Notes under the pieces: generated by a model | Seen by the model: only the letters and a program-made list of their open reading frames with translations | Told to the model about the DNA's origin: nothing | Databases searched by the model: none | Shown here: positions 46,421 to 56,507 of the stretch, piece by piece | How the letters are laid out: each line of letters starts with the position of its first letter | Position numbering within the stretch: position 1 is the first letter of the stretch | Program-made: the position numbers and the translations under genes | Source: a virus | Direction: 5' to 3' (one strand) | DNA: 64,000 nt | IMG/VR virus record: IMGVR_UViG_3300031873_000004 | Coordinates: 1 to 64,000 of that record

Positions 46421-47116
46421 TTGTACGAGACCTACCCGGACACAAGTTTTAACAGCCGCCTTATCAACCCGCAGGAACTTCCGTGGCGATTCACATACGT
46501 CATCAAGACGCCTCCCACGGGTATGCCTGTCACGCTCGATGAGGTCAAGACATTTGCCAGGCTCGACAGCATGGATGAGGATAGTCTCATTGAAATGTTC
46601 GTGCAGGCAGCAACCTCGGCGGCTGAAGAATATATGGGTAGGTCGCTCATGCAGCGCACTGTCACCATGCGCTTTGACTTCTTTCCTGGGATCATCTCAA
46701 TGCTCCCTCGCTTCCTTGCAACATCTTCGTTGCCAGTACCGTTGATCAAGCCGCCTCTCGTGAGTGTGACGGAAGTGCGCACTCTGTACGAGGATGATTC
46801 GGTGGCTGCAATCTGGCCTCTCGATCAATTCTATTGGCTCGATGGCGACCAAGCGGAGTTCGTGATACGGCGTGGAAGTGTACCGCCTATCAACGTGGAG
46901 CGCTACAAGAACGGGTTTGAGATAGATTACGTGGCTGGCTATGGGATTTCAGGTGCAACGCTTACACAGCAGCGTGCAGCGATCCCGGCACCAATTAAGA
47001 TTGGCCTGCTCGTATGGGCGGCAGCAATGTACTCTCAGCGGGGCAAGGCAGCAGCGGCAGAGCCTCCAGCGGATGCTAAAATGATGTTAGATCCGTATAA
47101 GATAATAAGGATTTAA
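46421..47116 (+). CDS. Head-tail adaptor (gp6-like)
   Basis: PVTLDEVK, AEEYMGR, YVAGYG, LDPY. Confidence 0.88.
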   Translation: MYETYPDTSFNSRLINPQELPWRFTYVIKTPPTGMPVTLDEVKTFARLDSMDEDSLIEMFVQAATSAAEEYMGRSLMQRTVTMRFDFFPGIISMLPRFLATSSLPVPLIKPPLVSVTEVRTLYEDDSVAAIWPLDQFYWLDGDQAEFVIRRGSVPPINVERYKNGFEIDYVAGYGISGATLTQQRAAIPAPIKIGLLVWAAAMYSQRGKAAAAEPPADAKMMLDPYKIIRI

Positions 47117-47118
47117 CC

Positions 47119-47529
47119 GTGACATGGCTCGTTGATAAACTCAGTCGAAGAATCGAGTTCATGCAGCAGGAGCAGACTGCGGCGAGCGATGGTAGCTACA
47201 CTCAGCAGTACAAAGTTCTCGCGAAGGTATGGGCTGGATGCGAACCGTTGAGCGCGAATGCCGCTAAGTATATACGCGGAGTGCAAGTCGAGGACGGTCC
47301 CACGCACAAGTTCACAGTCAGGCGCAGCATACCGATGGGCGTCGATGTATACGGAACAGGGTTTGTGAAGGCTGATAATTTTATCTTCCTCCTCAGCACG
47401 CATCAGGGAACGATTGGTAGGCTGTTTCGCATACTGACTGCGGCAAACAACATGGAGCAGGATGAGTTCATCGAAGTGATCGCGAAAGAGATGGGCTCGT
47501 TTGATACAAGTCGCGGGGTGATGGTATGA
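47119..47529 (+). CDS. Head closure/stopper protein
   Basis: L.RRI, VWA, THKFTVR; position. Confidence 0.75.
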   Translation: MTWLVDKLSRRIEFMQQEQTAASDGSYTQQYKVLAKVWAGCEPLSANAAKYIRGVQVEDGPTHKFTVRRSIPMGVDVYGTGFVKADNFIFLLSTHQGTIGRLFRILTAANNMEQDEFIEVIAKEMGSFDTSRGVMV

Positions 47530-48020
47530 GCGATGCGATTCTTTCAGAGCTGCGGGATTATGCAGGCCGTGTGATTACGTTTGAAGAGATGAGCATGAAT
47601 ACTCGACGCGTGCTCGGACGAGTTGCATATGCCCGCTGCATGGATGTGCTTCAAGAACATGCTCTTATGTTTCGCAACGAAGTTGTACTTTCCATGCGAA
47701 ACTCTCCAGCTAAGCTGTATAAGGTAGGAACGAATAAACGAGGTAAGGGTGCATATCGTCGTGCATCGCAAGAGATGTTCCCACCAAGACCTAATACGGG
47801 CGACCTGATTCGTTCGATAGTGATGGACGTTCGTCACGCTGAGGTTGAGGTTGGTAGTAACATAACCAAGCCAGCCTATCCGTATTTCCTTGAACATGGT
47901 ACTCGTCGCATGGCCCCGAGACCATGGCTCGAACCTGCGATACTGAAGATCAAACCGAAGCTCGATGCAGCATTGACTCGTACTCTGCGTGACATAGCTG
48001 CGGAATTTAGGCAGGAGTAA
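47526..48020 (+). CDS. HK97 gp10-like tail completion protein
   Basis: TGDL.RSI, FLEHGTRRMAPRPWL.PA. Confidence 0.85.
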   Translation: MSDAILSELRDYAGRVITFEEMSMNTRRVLGRVAYARCMDVLQEHALMFRNEVVLSMRNSPAKLYKVGTNKRGKGAYRRASQEMFPPRPNTGDLIRSIVMDVRHAEVEVGSNITKPAYPYFLEHGTRRMAPRPWLEPAILKIKPKLDAALTRTLRDIAAEFRQE

Positions 48021-48021
48021 T

Positions 48022-48702
48022 ATGAACCTAGGCGCAGTGGCATTAAAAATACGGGCAGGTAATACTCGCTTTGGCAACCGGGTCGTAGGTACTGTTGAAC
48101 TTGCACTTGCTCAGGAATACACTCTTCAGAATGAGACTGCATTTGTCATACCGTTGAGCGAGTCTGTCAAAGGCCCGAATCAAAACGATACTTTCGTCAA
48201 TCAAAGAATTGTTGAAAATTTCGGTGTTATTGTAGCCATCAAGAACGATACCGCCAGCACGGACAAGCTCGGATTCAAGGCGTACGATGCTCACGGTGAT
48301 GTGCGTAAAGAATTGCTGACTGCATTACTTGGATGGACAATGCCGGAAGCAACTGACGGCACAGCTCAACCGGCTGCACTTGTGTATTATAACGGGGGTC
48401 GAGTTATAGATATAACTCCCGCATGGTTGTGGTACTCATTTGAATTTGTCGCCGAGTCCCGCATCACAAGCGATGTTGACGGGGTGGATGAAGCTCTTGC
48501 CGCTCAGTACACCGACCAGTTCTTGAAAGTATACACTCAATATGCGGTGTTCGATCAAGCGGTACTGCCGCTTGAAGGAGCAGCTCCACAACTTCCCACG
48601 AACCTACTCACGCCGACAGTCACTGAGCTGTTTGGTCCTGAGTTCCAGTTCGGCGATGCGTTTGCTAAAGACATGAACACGCTGGATACCGCAGCTGGTT
48701 AA
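48022..48702 (+). CDS. Tail terminator protein
   Basis: ALLGW motif; position before the sheath gene. Confidence 0.7.
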   Translation: MNLGAVALKIRAGNTRFGNRVVGTVELALAQEYTLQNETAFVIPLSESVKGPNQNDTFVNQRIVENFGVIVAIKNDTASTDKLGFKAYDAHGDVRKELLTALLGWTMPEATDGTAQPAALVYYNGGRVIDITPAWLWYSFEFVAESRITSDVDGVDEALAAQYTDQFLKVYTQYAVFDQAVLPLEGAAPQLPTNLLTPTVTELFGPEFQFGDAFAKDMNTLDTAAG

Positions 48703-48712
48703 AGGAGAGATT

Positions 48713-48937
48713 ATGAGTACTGTATTTGTAAAGCCCATTGCTGGCGCGACGATCCAGACATTCGATACGAAGACTGCCATCCCGGCAGAGGGAATGGAAG
48801 TCACGCTCGACACATTCTGGTCGAGGCGCATTGCTGACGGTTCGGTTGTGGTAGTGGATAAAACAATAACGGCTGCTACTGAGGAGCCAGCTGAGACGGC
48901 TGTGGAGTCCGTCACAAATACGAAAAGAGGGAGGTAA
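48713..48937 (+). CDS. Mu gp38/DUF2635-like protein
   Basis: FVKP..G...P.EG...FW.RRIADG.V. Confidence 0.85.
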   Translation: MSTVFVKPIAGATIQTFDTKTAIPAEGMEVTLDTFWSRRIADGSVVVVDKTITAATEEPAETAVESVTNTKRGR

Positions 48938-48940
48938 CAG

Positions 48941-50428
48941 ATGGCAATATCTTTTAATAACATCCCGACGACGTTGCGGACTCCGGCAGTCTATGTCGAA
49001 GTTGACAACTCACGGGCGATCAAAGGACTGGTGGCGAACCCGCACAAGGTGCTCATCATCGGTCAGCAGGTATCAGGCGGAGGCTCGGCTGCCAAGCTCG
49101 CGCTCAAGCAGATATTCAACGAGAACACGGCAGCCGGATACTTCGGTAACGGATCGCTGCTCGACCGTATGTGCCGCACGTTCAAGAAGAACAATGCGCA
49201 GACGGAATTGTGGGCGATTGCACTGAGCGAAGCTGGTGTGGCTACCGTAGCTGCTTCCGCTGCATTCACCGCAACGGGGACTTGCACGGGCGGTACAATC
49301 TGTCTGCTGCTCGGCGGCGTTCAAGTCAACACGCCACTTACAAGCGGATGGTCAACCGGACAGGTGATGAGCGCCGTGGCGAGCGACATCAATGCAAACT
49401 CAGCATTGTGTTTCCGCATGTCGCATACCTCCCCGGCGAGCATTGGCTACCTCGTCGCGCAGAACAGCGGCTTGGTGGGTAACTACTTCGACGCAAGGCT
49501 CAACTTCTATGACGGTCAGGTGACTCCGTCCGGTATGACATTGAATCTGAGCGTGGTCGCTACAGGTTCAGGTAGTCCGGTATTCACTGACGTCTGGGCA
49601 GTGGCTGATGCAATCCAGTTCCACCATATCATCCACCCGTACATCGATTCAACGAACCTGGCAGACATCGCCACCGAGCTGAACACGCGCTATGGTCCGA
49701 TGGTGGATATGCAGGGTCATGCATACACCGCAGTACGCGGAACACTTGCATCTTGCGCAACCCTCGGCCTCACTCGCAACTCTCCGTTCCAGACAATCAT
49801 CGGAGCGAACGACAGTCCGAGCAACCCTGAAAACTGGGCAGCGGCACTCGGTGCGGTTGCGAGCTTCAATCTGAATAACGACCCGGCTCGCCCGCTGCAT
49901 TATCTCACGCTTCAGGGGATTATCCCTCCGACGATTCAGTCCGGCAACCGATTCAGCCAGAGCGAGCGGAACATCATGCTCTTCGATGGCATCGCTACCT
50001 GGATCGTGGATGCAAGCGGCAATGTGAACATTGAGCGGTGCATCACCACGTACCGCACGAATGCACTCGGCCTAGCTGATCCCAGCTATCTGGACATTGA
50101 GACCATGTTCACCATTCTTGAAATCCGGTACCAGTTTAAGAATCGGATGGCGACACGCTTCATCCTGCCTCGCTTCAAGCTGGCTGATGACGGTAACGTA
50201 TATCCGGCAGGGTCGCTCATCGCAACACCTGGCACAGTCAAGCAGGAGATCATTGCGCTCTTCACTCAGCTGAGGGATGCGGGACTCATCGAGAACTTGG
50301 ATGACTTCGCCAATAACGTCAGGGTCGAGCGTGATACTGTGGATATGAACCGGGTGAATGTACTCCTTCCTCCGGACCTCATCAACCAGTTCCGGATACT
50401 TGCAGGACAAATTCAGTTCATTCTGTAA
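48941..50428 (+). CDS. Mu-like tail sheath protein
   Basis: ISFNNIP..LRTP, DPARP, ITTY, PDLINQ. Confidence 0.95.
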   Translation: MAISFNNIPTTLRTPAVYVEVDNSRAIKGLVANPHKVLIIGQQVSGGGSAAKLALKQIFNENTAAGYFGNGSLLDRMCRTFKKNNAQTELWAIALSEAGVATVAASAAFTATGTCTGGTICLLLGGVQVNTPLTSGWSTGQVMSAVASDINANSALCFRMSHTSPASIGYLVAQNSGLVGNYFDARLNFYDGQVTPSGMTLNLSVVATGSGSPVFTDVWAVADAIQFHHIIHPYIDSTNLADIATELNTRYGPMVDMQGHAYTAVRGTLASCATLGLTRNSPFQTIIGANDSPSNPENWAAALGAVASFNLNNDPARPLHYLTLQGIIPPTIQSGNRFSQSERNIMLFDGIATWIVDASGNVNIERCITTYRTNALGLADPSYLDIETMFTILEIRYQFKNRMATRFILPRFKLADDGNVYPAGSLIATPGTVKQEIIALFTQLRDAGLIENLDDFANNVRVERDTVDMNRVNVLLPPDLINQFRILAGQIQFIL

Positions 50429-50436
50429 ATCAAGAT

Positions 50437-50461
50437 GCGGGGCTTCGGCCCCGCTTACTTT
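50437..50461 (+). terminator. UUCG hairpin between sheath and tube genes (terminator or stabiliser)
   Basis: GCGGGGC-TTCG-GCCCCGC-TTACTTT. Confidence 0.6.
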
Positions 50462-50475
50462 AAGGAGGTAGACAA

Positions 50476-50862
50476 TTGGCAAAAATTACTGGGCGCGTGG
50501 AAGTGGTCGTCAACGGCGTCATACTCCTGAACAAGAACGGAGCCTCGGCATCCGGTATCGGCGAGTCCGGCAAACCTGCAGTCAAGCGTGAACCGGTCAT
50601 CGGCGACATGGGAATTCATGGCTACAAGGAGACCATCGAGGCTGCACGGCTCACGGTATCCATTACCGATCGCGACGATGTACGCCTCAGCGACCTCTGC
50701 AAGATCAACGGAGATGGCACAGTCATCATGCGAGCAGCTCTCGGCGGCAAGGTGTACACGATGGCAAATGCCACCTGTGTCGGAGCGCTTTCGGTGACCG
50801 CAGGTGAGGGTGACACGAAAATCGAGTTTGTCGGGCCGTATTGGACCGAGACAACCGCCTAA
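50476..50862 (+). CDS. Mu-like tail tube protein
   Basis: RE.V.G..G.HGYKE, EG...IEF.G. Confidence 0.9.
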   Translation: MAKITGRVEVVVNGVILLNKNGASASGIGESGKPAVKREPVIGDMGIHGYKETIEAARLTVSITDRDDVRLSDLCKINGDGTVIMRAALGGKVYTMANATCVGALSVTAGEGDTKIEFVGPYWTETTA

Positions 50863-50889
50863 AACAGCGCTTTAAACGAGCGCAAACCC

Positions 50890-50960
50890 GCTTTTTAGCC
50901 ACTTTGAGAGCGCGGACGAGGGTTTCTATAGCCCTTGTATTGAAAACGGCTTAAATTGCC
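50890..50960 (+). repeat. 71-bp dispersed element, copy C
   Basis: Same blocks and spacing; abuts the AAGGAGG RBS. Confidence 0.85.
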
Positions 50961-50971
50961 AAGGAGGATTC

Positions 50972-51247
50972 ATGGAAACGGCTACAAAAACCATCAAACT
51001 GCAATTCCCGATAAAAACCTCAACTCCCGGAGGTGCTTCAGCTACCATCGAAAGCGTTGAGATTCGCCGACTCAAAGGAAAGGATTTGAAGTTCCTTCCC
51101 AGTAGCGATCCGAAACCTGCTGATTTTATTCCGCTCATTTCTTCGGTTACTGGAATGGTGATCAAGGATGTTGAAGAGATGGACCTTGTTGATCTCACGG
51201 CGATAGGCAAGGACTTGATGGCTTTCTCAGCGGGATACCCGGAATAG
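50972..51247 (+). CDS. Tail assembly chaperone (Mu gp41/P2 E-like)
   Basis: IKL.FPI, IRR.KGKDL, EMD..D. Confidence 0.85.
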   Translation: METATKTIKLQFPIKTSTPGGASATIESVEIRRLKGKDLKFLPSSDPKPADFIPLISSVTGMVIKDVEEMDLVDLTAIGKDLMAFSAGYPE

Positions 51248-51381
51248 AATGGGAGCGCATCGTCTGGGGTATCGCCCGCGTGTATCATTTCTCCCCTGAG
51301 TCAATAGGGGACATGACGATGGATGATTTAGATTTTTGGCATCGAGGGATTCAGTGGTTAGCCGAGGAGAGTAATGGCTGA
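51223..51381 (+). CDS. -1 frameshift extension of the chaperone (P2 GpE'-like)
   Basis: IARVYHFSPESIGDMTMDDLDFW; no start codon of its own. Confidence 0.75.
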   Translation, partial: FLSGIPGIEWERIVWGIARVYHFSPESIGDMTMDDLDFWHRGIQWLAEESNG

Positions 51382-53002
51382 ACAGCAAGTCACATGGTTG
51401 CTAAAACTACAAGATGAACTTACCTCAGGGCTCGATAAAGTTGGAAACAAGTTCAAGGAGCTAGGTAAGCATCAGAGTGAGGCCGGGAAACGTCTGACCG
51501 ATGTCGGCAAGACGATGACGGCCTTTGTCACCACAACCATCGGGGGAGCTGCAACTCTTGCAATGAACGAGTCTCGTAAAATCGAGAGTTCGTTCGTCAA
51601 TTTACGGCAAACTGTTCCCGGCACCATAGATCAGTTGCATAGTCTTGTTAAAGAACTTGAAAATGTCGCAATGGCAACGGGAGCCCCGATCGAAGGGCTC
51701 ATGGCCATTGCCGGGGTTGGTAGTCGTGCCCGTCTGAGTGACCTTAAAGGTTTTACTCAGATGATGACCGATCTGAATACAGCTACTGGTAATTTTGGCG
51801 GCGAAGAGGGTGCAAAGCAATTTACGCATCTTGCCAAAGCGTTGAATGTAGCCGAAAAGGATTACAAAAGTCTGGCGTCAATGCTCGACTGGGGCTCTGA
51901 TAATTTCAACACTTCAGCCGAGCAGATCGCGGGCATGACTCGCGAGTTGTCAGGCTTGACCGCCATTACACCAATCACAAAAGAGCAGCTCATGGGAATT
52001 TCAGCATGGGCCGGATCGTTTGGTCAAGAAGGCAGCACGGCTATGATGACCATCTTGAATAAGATGGGTGAGGCCGTTAAAAAAGGAACAGGGTCGGATC
52101 TTGGATGGTTTGCTGACATGTCTAAAATGGACGCCGGTGTGTTCATGGATTTATTTAAAAAAGACGCACCTGCTGCGTTAGCGAAAACTCTCGAAGGACT
52201 CAAAAATATGAGTGAAGAGGGTATCAGGACAGATGTTATTGTGAAGCAAATTGGATGGGGTGGTATTCGTACATTAAGAACAGCGCTCACAGGAGCGAAC
52301 GCTATCAACGATTTGACAATGGCTACCAATGGGATGAATAAGGCTTCCAAAGAGGGGGATAATCATACGAAGGGTGCATCTATGACTTATAAAACCCTCG
52401 ATAGCACTCTTAAACAATTACATCAAACGTACGGTGCGCTCATGGTTCAATTCGGCGAGCTTGTGTTGCCGCTATTTGTCGCATTGGCAAAAGCATTAAA
52501 AAGTCTTTTAGAAAACTTCACTCATTTACCGACATCTTTCAAATACGCGGTTGCGGCTCTGGGTGGATTGCTCGCGATCGCTGGACCTGTATTAATGGCG
52601 CTCGGTTCGATGGTAGGTACTCTGGCAATGCTTAAAATAGCATTCCCAGCTGTAGGTCTTGCTGGAGTCACGGGACTCGCACCGCTGGCGGCGATGCTGG
52701 GAGTGATGGCGTTGAAAGCAGCAGCCATCATGCTTGCTTGGGAAGCAGGAAAGAAAGTCGGAGGATGGATTAACGAAGGCATAACAGCACTCAGCGGCGG
52801 ACAAGAAGGTGCCGCAGGGGCACAGATATATGACTGGCTCCATCCAGAAGCTGCAAAAGGTGTGGGTGGAAATAATAGTAAGTCCGAGCTGAAGGTAGGT
52901 CTCGACCCAGGCCTCGTTGTAAAGGGAGCCAAGACCACCGCTGGAAATATGGACTTGACAACCGAGATGAACCCATATGCCGGATGGATGGCAACGCCAT
53001 GA
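51374..53002 (+). CDS. Tape measure protein (TP901-like core)
   Basis: Ala/Gly-rich helical protein with hydrophobic segment; position. Confidence 0.88.
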   Translation: MAEQQVTWLLKLQDELTSGLDKVGNKFKELGKHQSEAGKRLTDVGKTMTAFVTTTIGGAATLAMNESRKIESSFVNLRQTVPGTIDQLHSLVKELENVAMATGAPIEGLMAIAGVGSRARLSDLKGFTQMMTDLNTATGNFGGEEGAKQFTHLAKALNVAEKDYKSLASMLDWGSDNFNTSAEQIAGMTRELSGLTAITPITKEQLMGISAWAGSFGQEGSTAMMTILNKMGEAVKKGTGSDLGWFADMSKMDAGVFMDLFKKDAPAALAKTLEGLKNMSEEGIRTDVIVKQIGWGGIRTLRTALTGANAINDLTMATNGMNKASKEGDNHTKGASMTYKTLDSTLKQLHQTYGALMVQFGELVLPLFVALAKALKSLLENFTHLPTSFKYAVAALGGLLAIAGPVLMALGSMVGTLAMLKIAFPAVGLAGVTGLAPLAAMLGVMALKAAAIMLAWEAGKKVGGWINEGITALSGGQEGAAGAQIYDWLHPEAAKGVGGNNSKSELKVGLDPGLVVKGAKTTAGNMDLTTEMNPYAGWMATP

Positions 53003-54129
53003 GCGTGACTGATCGCGCCGTATTGAACGTGAACGGTAAACCGTTTGATAAAGGCTGGGATGAAATACGGGTGAGCAGCTCGATGGATGCGCTGTCTATC
53101 ACATTTGATTTTACATGTACTCAGCAGCGCCCGTTCAATCGAGCCGAGTGGGAAATTCAGATGGGGTCTGTGTGCTCCGTTTCAATGGGCGGTCAGTTGC
53201 TCGCTACAGGGTATATCGAGGATATTGACATTGACTACAACGCAACCAGTCATACAGTGCATGTTTCGGGTCGCGATAAACTTGCAGATATAGTTGATAG
53301 TGCTTCAGACGGAACTGTGCTTCATTGGAAAGCATCCAGTGCTCGCACTATCATTGCAGCACTCGTCAAACCGTTCGGCATTACCCTCGTGGTTGATCCA
53401 AAAGTCAAGGCGCTCATGAATGAAGCCATTAGCCCGCAAACTCTTCAGGGAGGCGATGGTGTATTCGACATCATCATGAAGATATTGAAGCTACAAGGCA
53501 CAGTCGGTATTGCAATGGCCGATGGAAATTTATTAGTGACCGAAGCGGGTGCGTATAACGGTAAAGAATACCGAGCAACTGATAAGATAGAAAGCGGCGT
53601 GAATGTGATTCGAGGGGCGCTGAAACAGTCTGATAAAGATCGCTTTCAATATTACTTTACCAAGGGTTATTCAGAAAGCATAGACACTGCTGCCGGAAAA
53701 CACCTGTCATATTTTGATAAATTCAAAGATGATGGTATTCGTCGTTTCCGCGCAATGGCTCTCAATGTTGAAACCGCCGGAGACTTTAAAAGCGGGAAGA
53801 GTCGTGCAAAGTGGGAAGCTAAGTATCGTGCCGGGAAGAGTCGTGATTATGGATACTCCGTTCAGGGCTGGAAACAGAAATCGGGAGCCTTATGGGATAT
53901 TAATATGCTGGTGGAAGTGACCGACGAGATGTTTGGTCTTATTCCCGGTGGCATCGATCAAACACTTCTCATAAATTCGATTGAGTTTGTACAATCGGCA
54001 TCAGCGGGCACATTATCAAATATGAAATTGGTGAGTCCTGAGAAATGGAAAGCCCAAGCCAAACTCGATTCTATCAAAGCCATGTCCGATGGCACCACCT
54101 CAGCAAGTAGTTATAAATTGGGGAGCTGA
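52999..54129 (+). CDS. Mu gpP/gp44-like baseplate hub
   Basis: GW..I.V, TGYI, SGRD..AD..D, RAKWE, VQGW. Confidence 0.9.
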   Translation: MSVTDRAVLNVNGKPFDKGWDEIRVSSSMDALSITFDFTCTQQRPFNRAEWEIQMGSVCSVSMGGQLLATGYIEDIDIDYNATSHTVHVSGRDKLADIVDSASDGTVLHWKASSARTIIAALVKPFGITLVVDPKVKALMNEAISPQTLQGGDGVFDIIMKILKLQGTVGIAMADGNLLVTEAGAYNGKEYRATDKIESGVNVIRGALKQSDKDRFQYYFTKGYSESIDTAAGKHLSYFDKFKDDGIRRFRAMALNVETAGDFKSGKSRAKWEAKYRAGKSRDYGYSVQGWKQKSGALWDINMLVEVTDEMFGLIPGGIDQTLLINSIEFVQSASAGTLSNMKLVSPEKWKAQAKLDSIKAMSDGTTSASSYKLGS

Positions 54130-54134
54130 AATAA

Positions 54135-54713
54135 ATGAACACGGATGCATTATCACGATTGCTCAACCCAATCAAGTCACGTATATATAACGTGATCGGT
54201 CGAGCTGTTGTGACGGCTATGAACAACAATAATAAGACGCTGAAGTGTCAGATTGTTTTGTTTCAGCAAGACGTATATGATGGGATTGATGTATTGCAAA
54301 ATTATGGATTTGAGAGTTTAATCGATTCAACCGATGCCGAAAACGAATGTCTTGTTTCAAGCATTGGCGGTAACAGGAATTTGAGTGCCGCTACAGCCAT
54401 TCACAATCGGACTCACCGCCCCAAGACACTCACCGCAGGCGAGGTGATGGTGTACAGCAAATTCGGTCAGACAATTCATCTGAAAGCCGACGGCTCCATT
54501 GCACTTATTCCAGCAGCAGGCAAGAGTGTCGATCTATATGGAACGGGTGGGTCGCCCGTGACGCTTGAGACTATAATCGCCAAACTCAACGGTCATAAAC
54601 ATAGTACGATCGTTCCCACACACGGTACAATACAGTCAAATGATATGAAGACCGACGGTGTTGAGCTGATTGCTGGAACTGATAGCGCAGCAAACGTGAA
54701 GGCGAAAGCATGA
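54135..54713 (+). CDS. Mu gp45-like baseplate spike
   Basis: QNYGF.S, GG.R, GEV..Y, HKH. Confidence 0.88.
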   Translation: MNTDALSRLLNPIKSRIYNVIGRAVVTAMNNNNKTLKCQIVLFQQDVYDGIDVLQNYGFESLIDSTDAENECLVSSIGGNRNLSAATAIHNRTHRPKTLTAGEVMVYSKFGQTIHLKADGSIALIPAAGKSVDLYGTGGSPVTLETIIAKLNGHKHSTIVPTHGTIQSNDMKTDGVELIAGTDSAANVKAKA

Positions 54714-56017
54714 CCCTTAATATTAAATGGAATAACTGGCGCGACCGGCTCAAGGATGCTACCTTCAGGGACGTTCCATTCAAGGTGATGTCTACCACGA
54801 GCGAGGGTGGTCGTCGATCCGTGCTGCACCAGTATCCGTTTGACGACACTCCGTACTGGGAAGACCTCGGCAAGGAAGCGAACACATACCAGTTACAGGC
54901 GTATGTCATAGCTAATTCGGCAAACAGCTTCGATTATTTCGCTGAGCGGGACAACCTCATCTTCGTGCTGGAGCAGGAAGGTCCGGGAACACTCGTCCAT
55001 CCCTTCTTCGGTCAGATAGCCCGTGAGGTAGGCGTTCAGGGAAAATATAAACTTGATGAGTCGTTTGCCGAGGGTGGGGTTGCTCGCTTCACCATTACGT
55101 TTGTGGATGCGGGGCGATCCGCTCAGCCAGCATCCGGCGCGGTTACGAGCGCAAGCCAAGTTGATACTGCGGCTTCGTTCATTGTGGTTAAAGCTACCAA
55201 TCCTGTATCTGACTTGTTGACCCAGATGGCAAATGCAAGAAATAAAGTCAGGAAATACGCGCTCATGGGAACGGCTGCGATTCAGGGCGCGACCAACATG
55301 ATCAATAATGTATACACCACCCTCACGAATATCCAGACCAATGTGGTGGGAGCGACCAGTTTTGCGCAGACCACCCTTGCCCAGTTGCGAGCTGCCCTCG
55401 TTGCTATTGTCGGCTTCCCGGATCAATTTGTCACCGCGATAAAATCAACTCTCAACACCTACTCCTCGTTCGGTGCTGGGCTTTCCGCATCGGACACTTC
55501 TGTAGTTAAAGCTGCGTTGAGGATGAGTGAAACGCCGAGCACCATTATTCCTATACCGGCAGCACTCGACACGGCTCCCGGTCGTGTGGAAGAGCTTGCT
55601 ATGCAGTATGCGATGACTGAAGCAAACATGGCTGGTGGATTAGCCGAAGCTATACGAGCCGCTTCGGTTGTGGAGTATTCGAGCTACGATCAAGCCACAG
55701 CCATGCTGAACGAGCTTATTGCAGCCATTGACCGAGTGCTGGATTATATAGGGTCTCATTCGCAGAATGACGATCTTATTGCTTCGATTGAAGGTATCAG
55801 ACCACTCATAACAAACTTGCTGCTTCAGAAGGGTGCGAGTTTGCCGCCGATAAAAAATGTGGTTATTCCTGGCGATCCTCAGCCAGCACTCATACTGTCG
55901 CAGAGACTGTACGGTGACATTGCTCGCGACCAAGAGATCATTGACATGAACATCATACAGATGCGCCACCCCGGATTTCCAGAAGCCGGTACGACTATCC
56001 GAGTACTGAGCGAGTGA
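54710..56017 (+). CDS. Mu gpN-like DNA circularisation/tail protein
   Basis: W...L..A.FR.VPF, GGRR, HQYP, EDLG, GPG.LVHP, HPGF. Confidence 0.92.
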   Translation: MTLNIKWNNWRDRLKDATFRDVPFKVMSTTSEGGRRSVLHQYPFDDTPYWEDLGKEANTYQLQAYVIANSANSFDYFAERDNLIFVLEQEGPGTLVHPFFGQIAREVGVQGKYKLDESFAEGGVARFTITFVDAGRSAQPASGAVTSASQVDTAASFIVVKATNPVSDLLTQMANARNKVRKYALMGTAAIQGATNMINNVYTTLTNIQTNVVGATSFAQTTLAQLRAALVAIVGFPDQFVTAIKSTLNTYSSFGAGLSASDTSVVKAALRMSETPSTIIPIPAALDTAPGRVEELAMQYAMTEANMAGGLAEAIRAASVVEYSSYDQATAMLNELIAAIDRVLDYIGSHSQNDDLIASIEGIRPLITNLLLQKGASLPPIKNVVIPGDPQPALILSQRLYGDIARDQEIIDMNIIQMRHPGFPEAGTTIRVLSE

Positions 56018-56021
56018 GCCG

Positions 56022-56507
56022 ATGCCGAACGATTTAAGCCTTGTATGGAATCAGGATTTGCAGGTATGTGAGATTGACTTCTCGACAGAGACAAATGACC
56101 TCGTCATGTCGAAGTCGCTTCTGACTTCAGTGCTAGTGAGCTTGTTCACCGATGCGAGGGCGTCAAATGACGAGACTCTTCCTGACCTGAATAGCACTGA
56201 TCGACGAGGTTGGTGGGGTGACTCGACCAATACCCAGAAGGAACTCGATACGGTTGGGTCGAAGCTGTGGCTCATTGAACGAGAGAAAAGCACAGATGTC
56301 GTGCTCGTTAAATCAAAGCAGTACATCGAGCAGGCTTTAAAATGGATGACTGATGAGGGTATTGCTGAACGCATCGTGGTGATAACAGAAGCTCAGCCAA
56401 TTCCGCGTTCCGGGACGGTTATTCTCGCGTATCAAGTTCAGATATACAAGCCTGGCGGAGTGGCTGAGAATTACAAGTTTGAGCAAGAGTGGAGGGCGAC
56501 TGTATAA
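56022..56507 (+). CDS. Mu gp46-like baseplate protein
   Basis: SLFTDARA, RGWWGD, GSKLWL. Confidence 0.92.
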   Translation: MPNDLSLVWNQDLQVCEIDFSTETNDLVMSKSLLTSVLVSLFTDARASNDETLPDLNSTDRRGWWGDSTNTQKELDTVGSKLWLIEREKSTDVVLVKSKQYIEQALKWMTDEGIAERIVVITEAQPIPRSGTVILAYQVQIYKPGGVAENYKFEQEWRATV

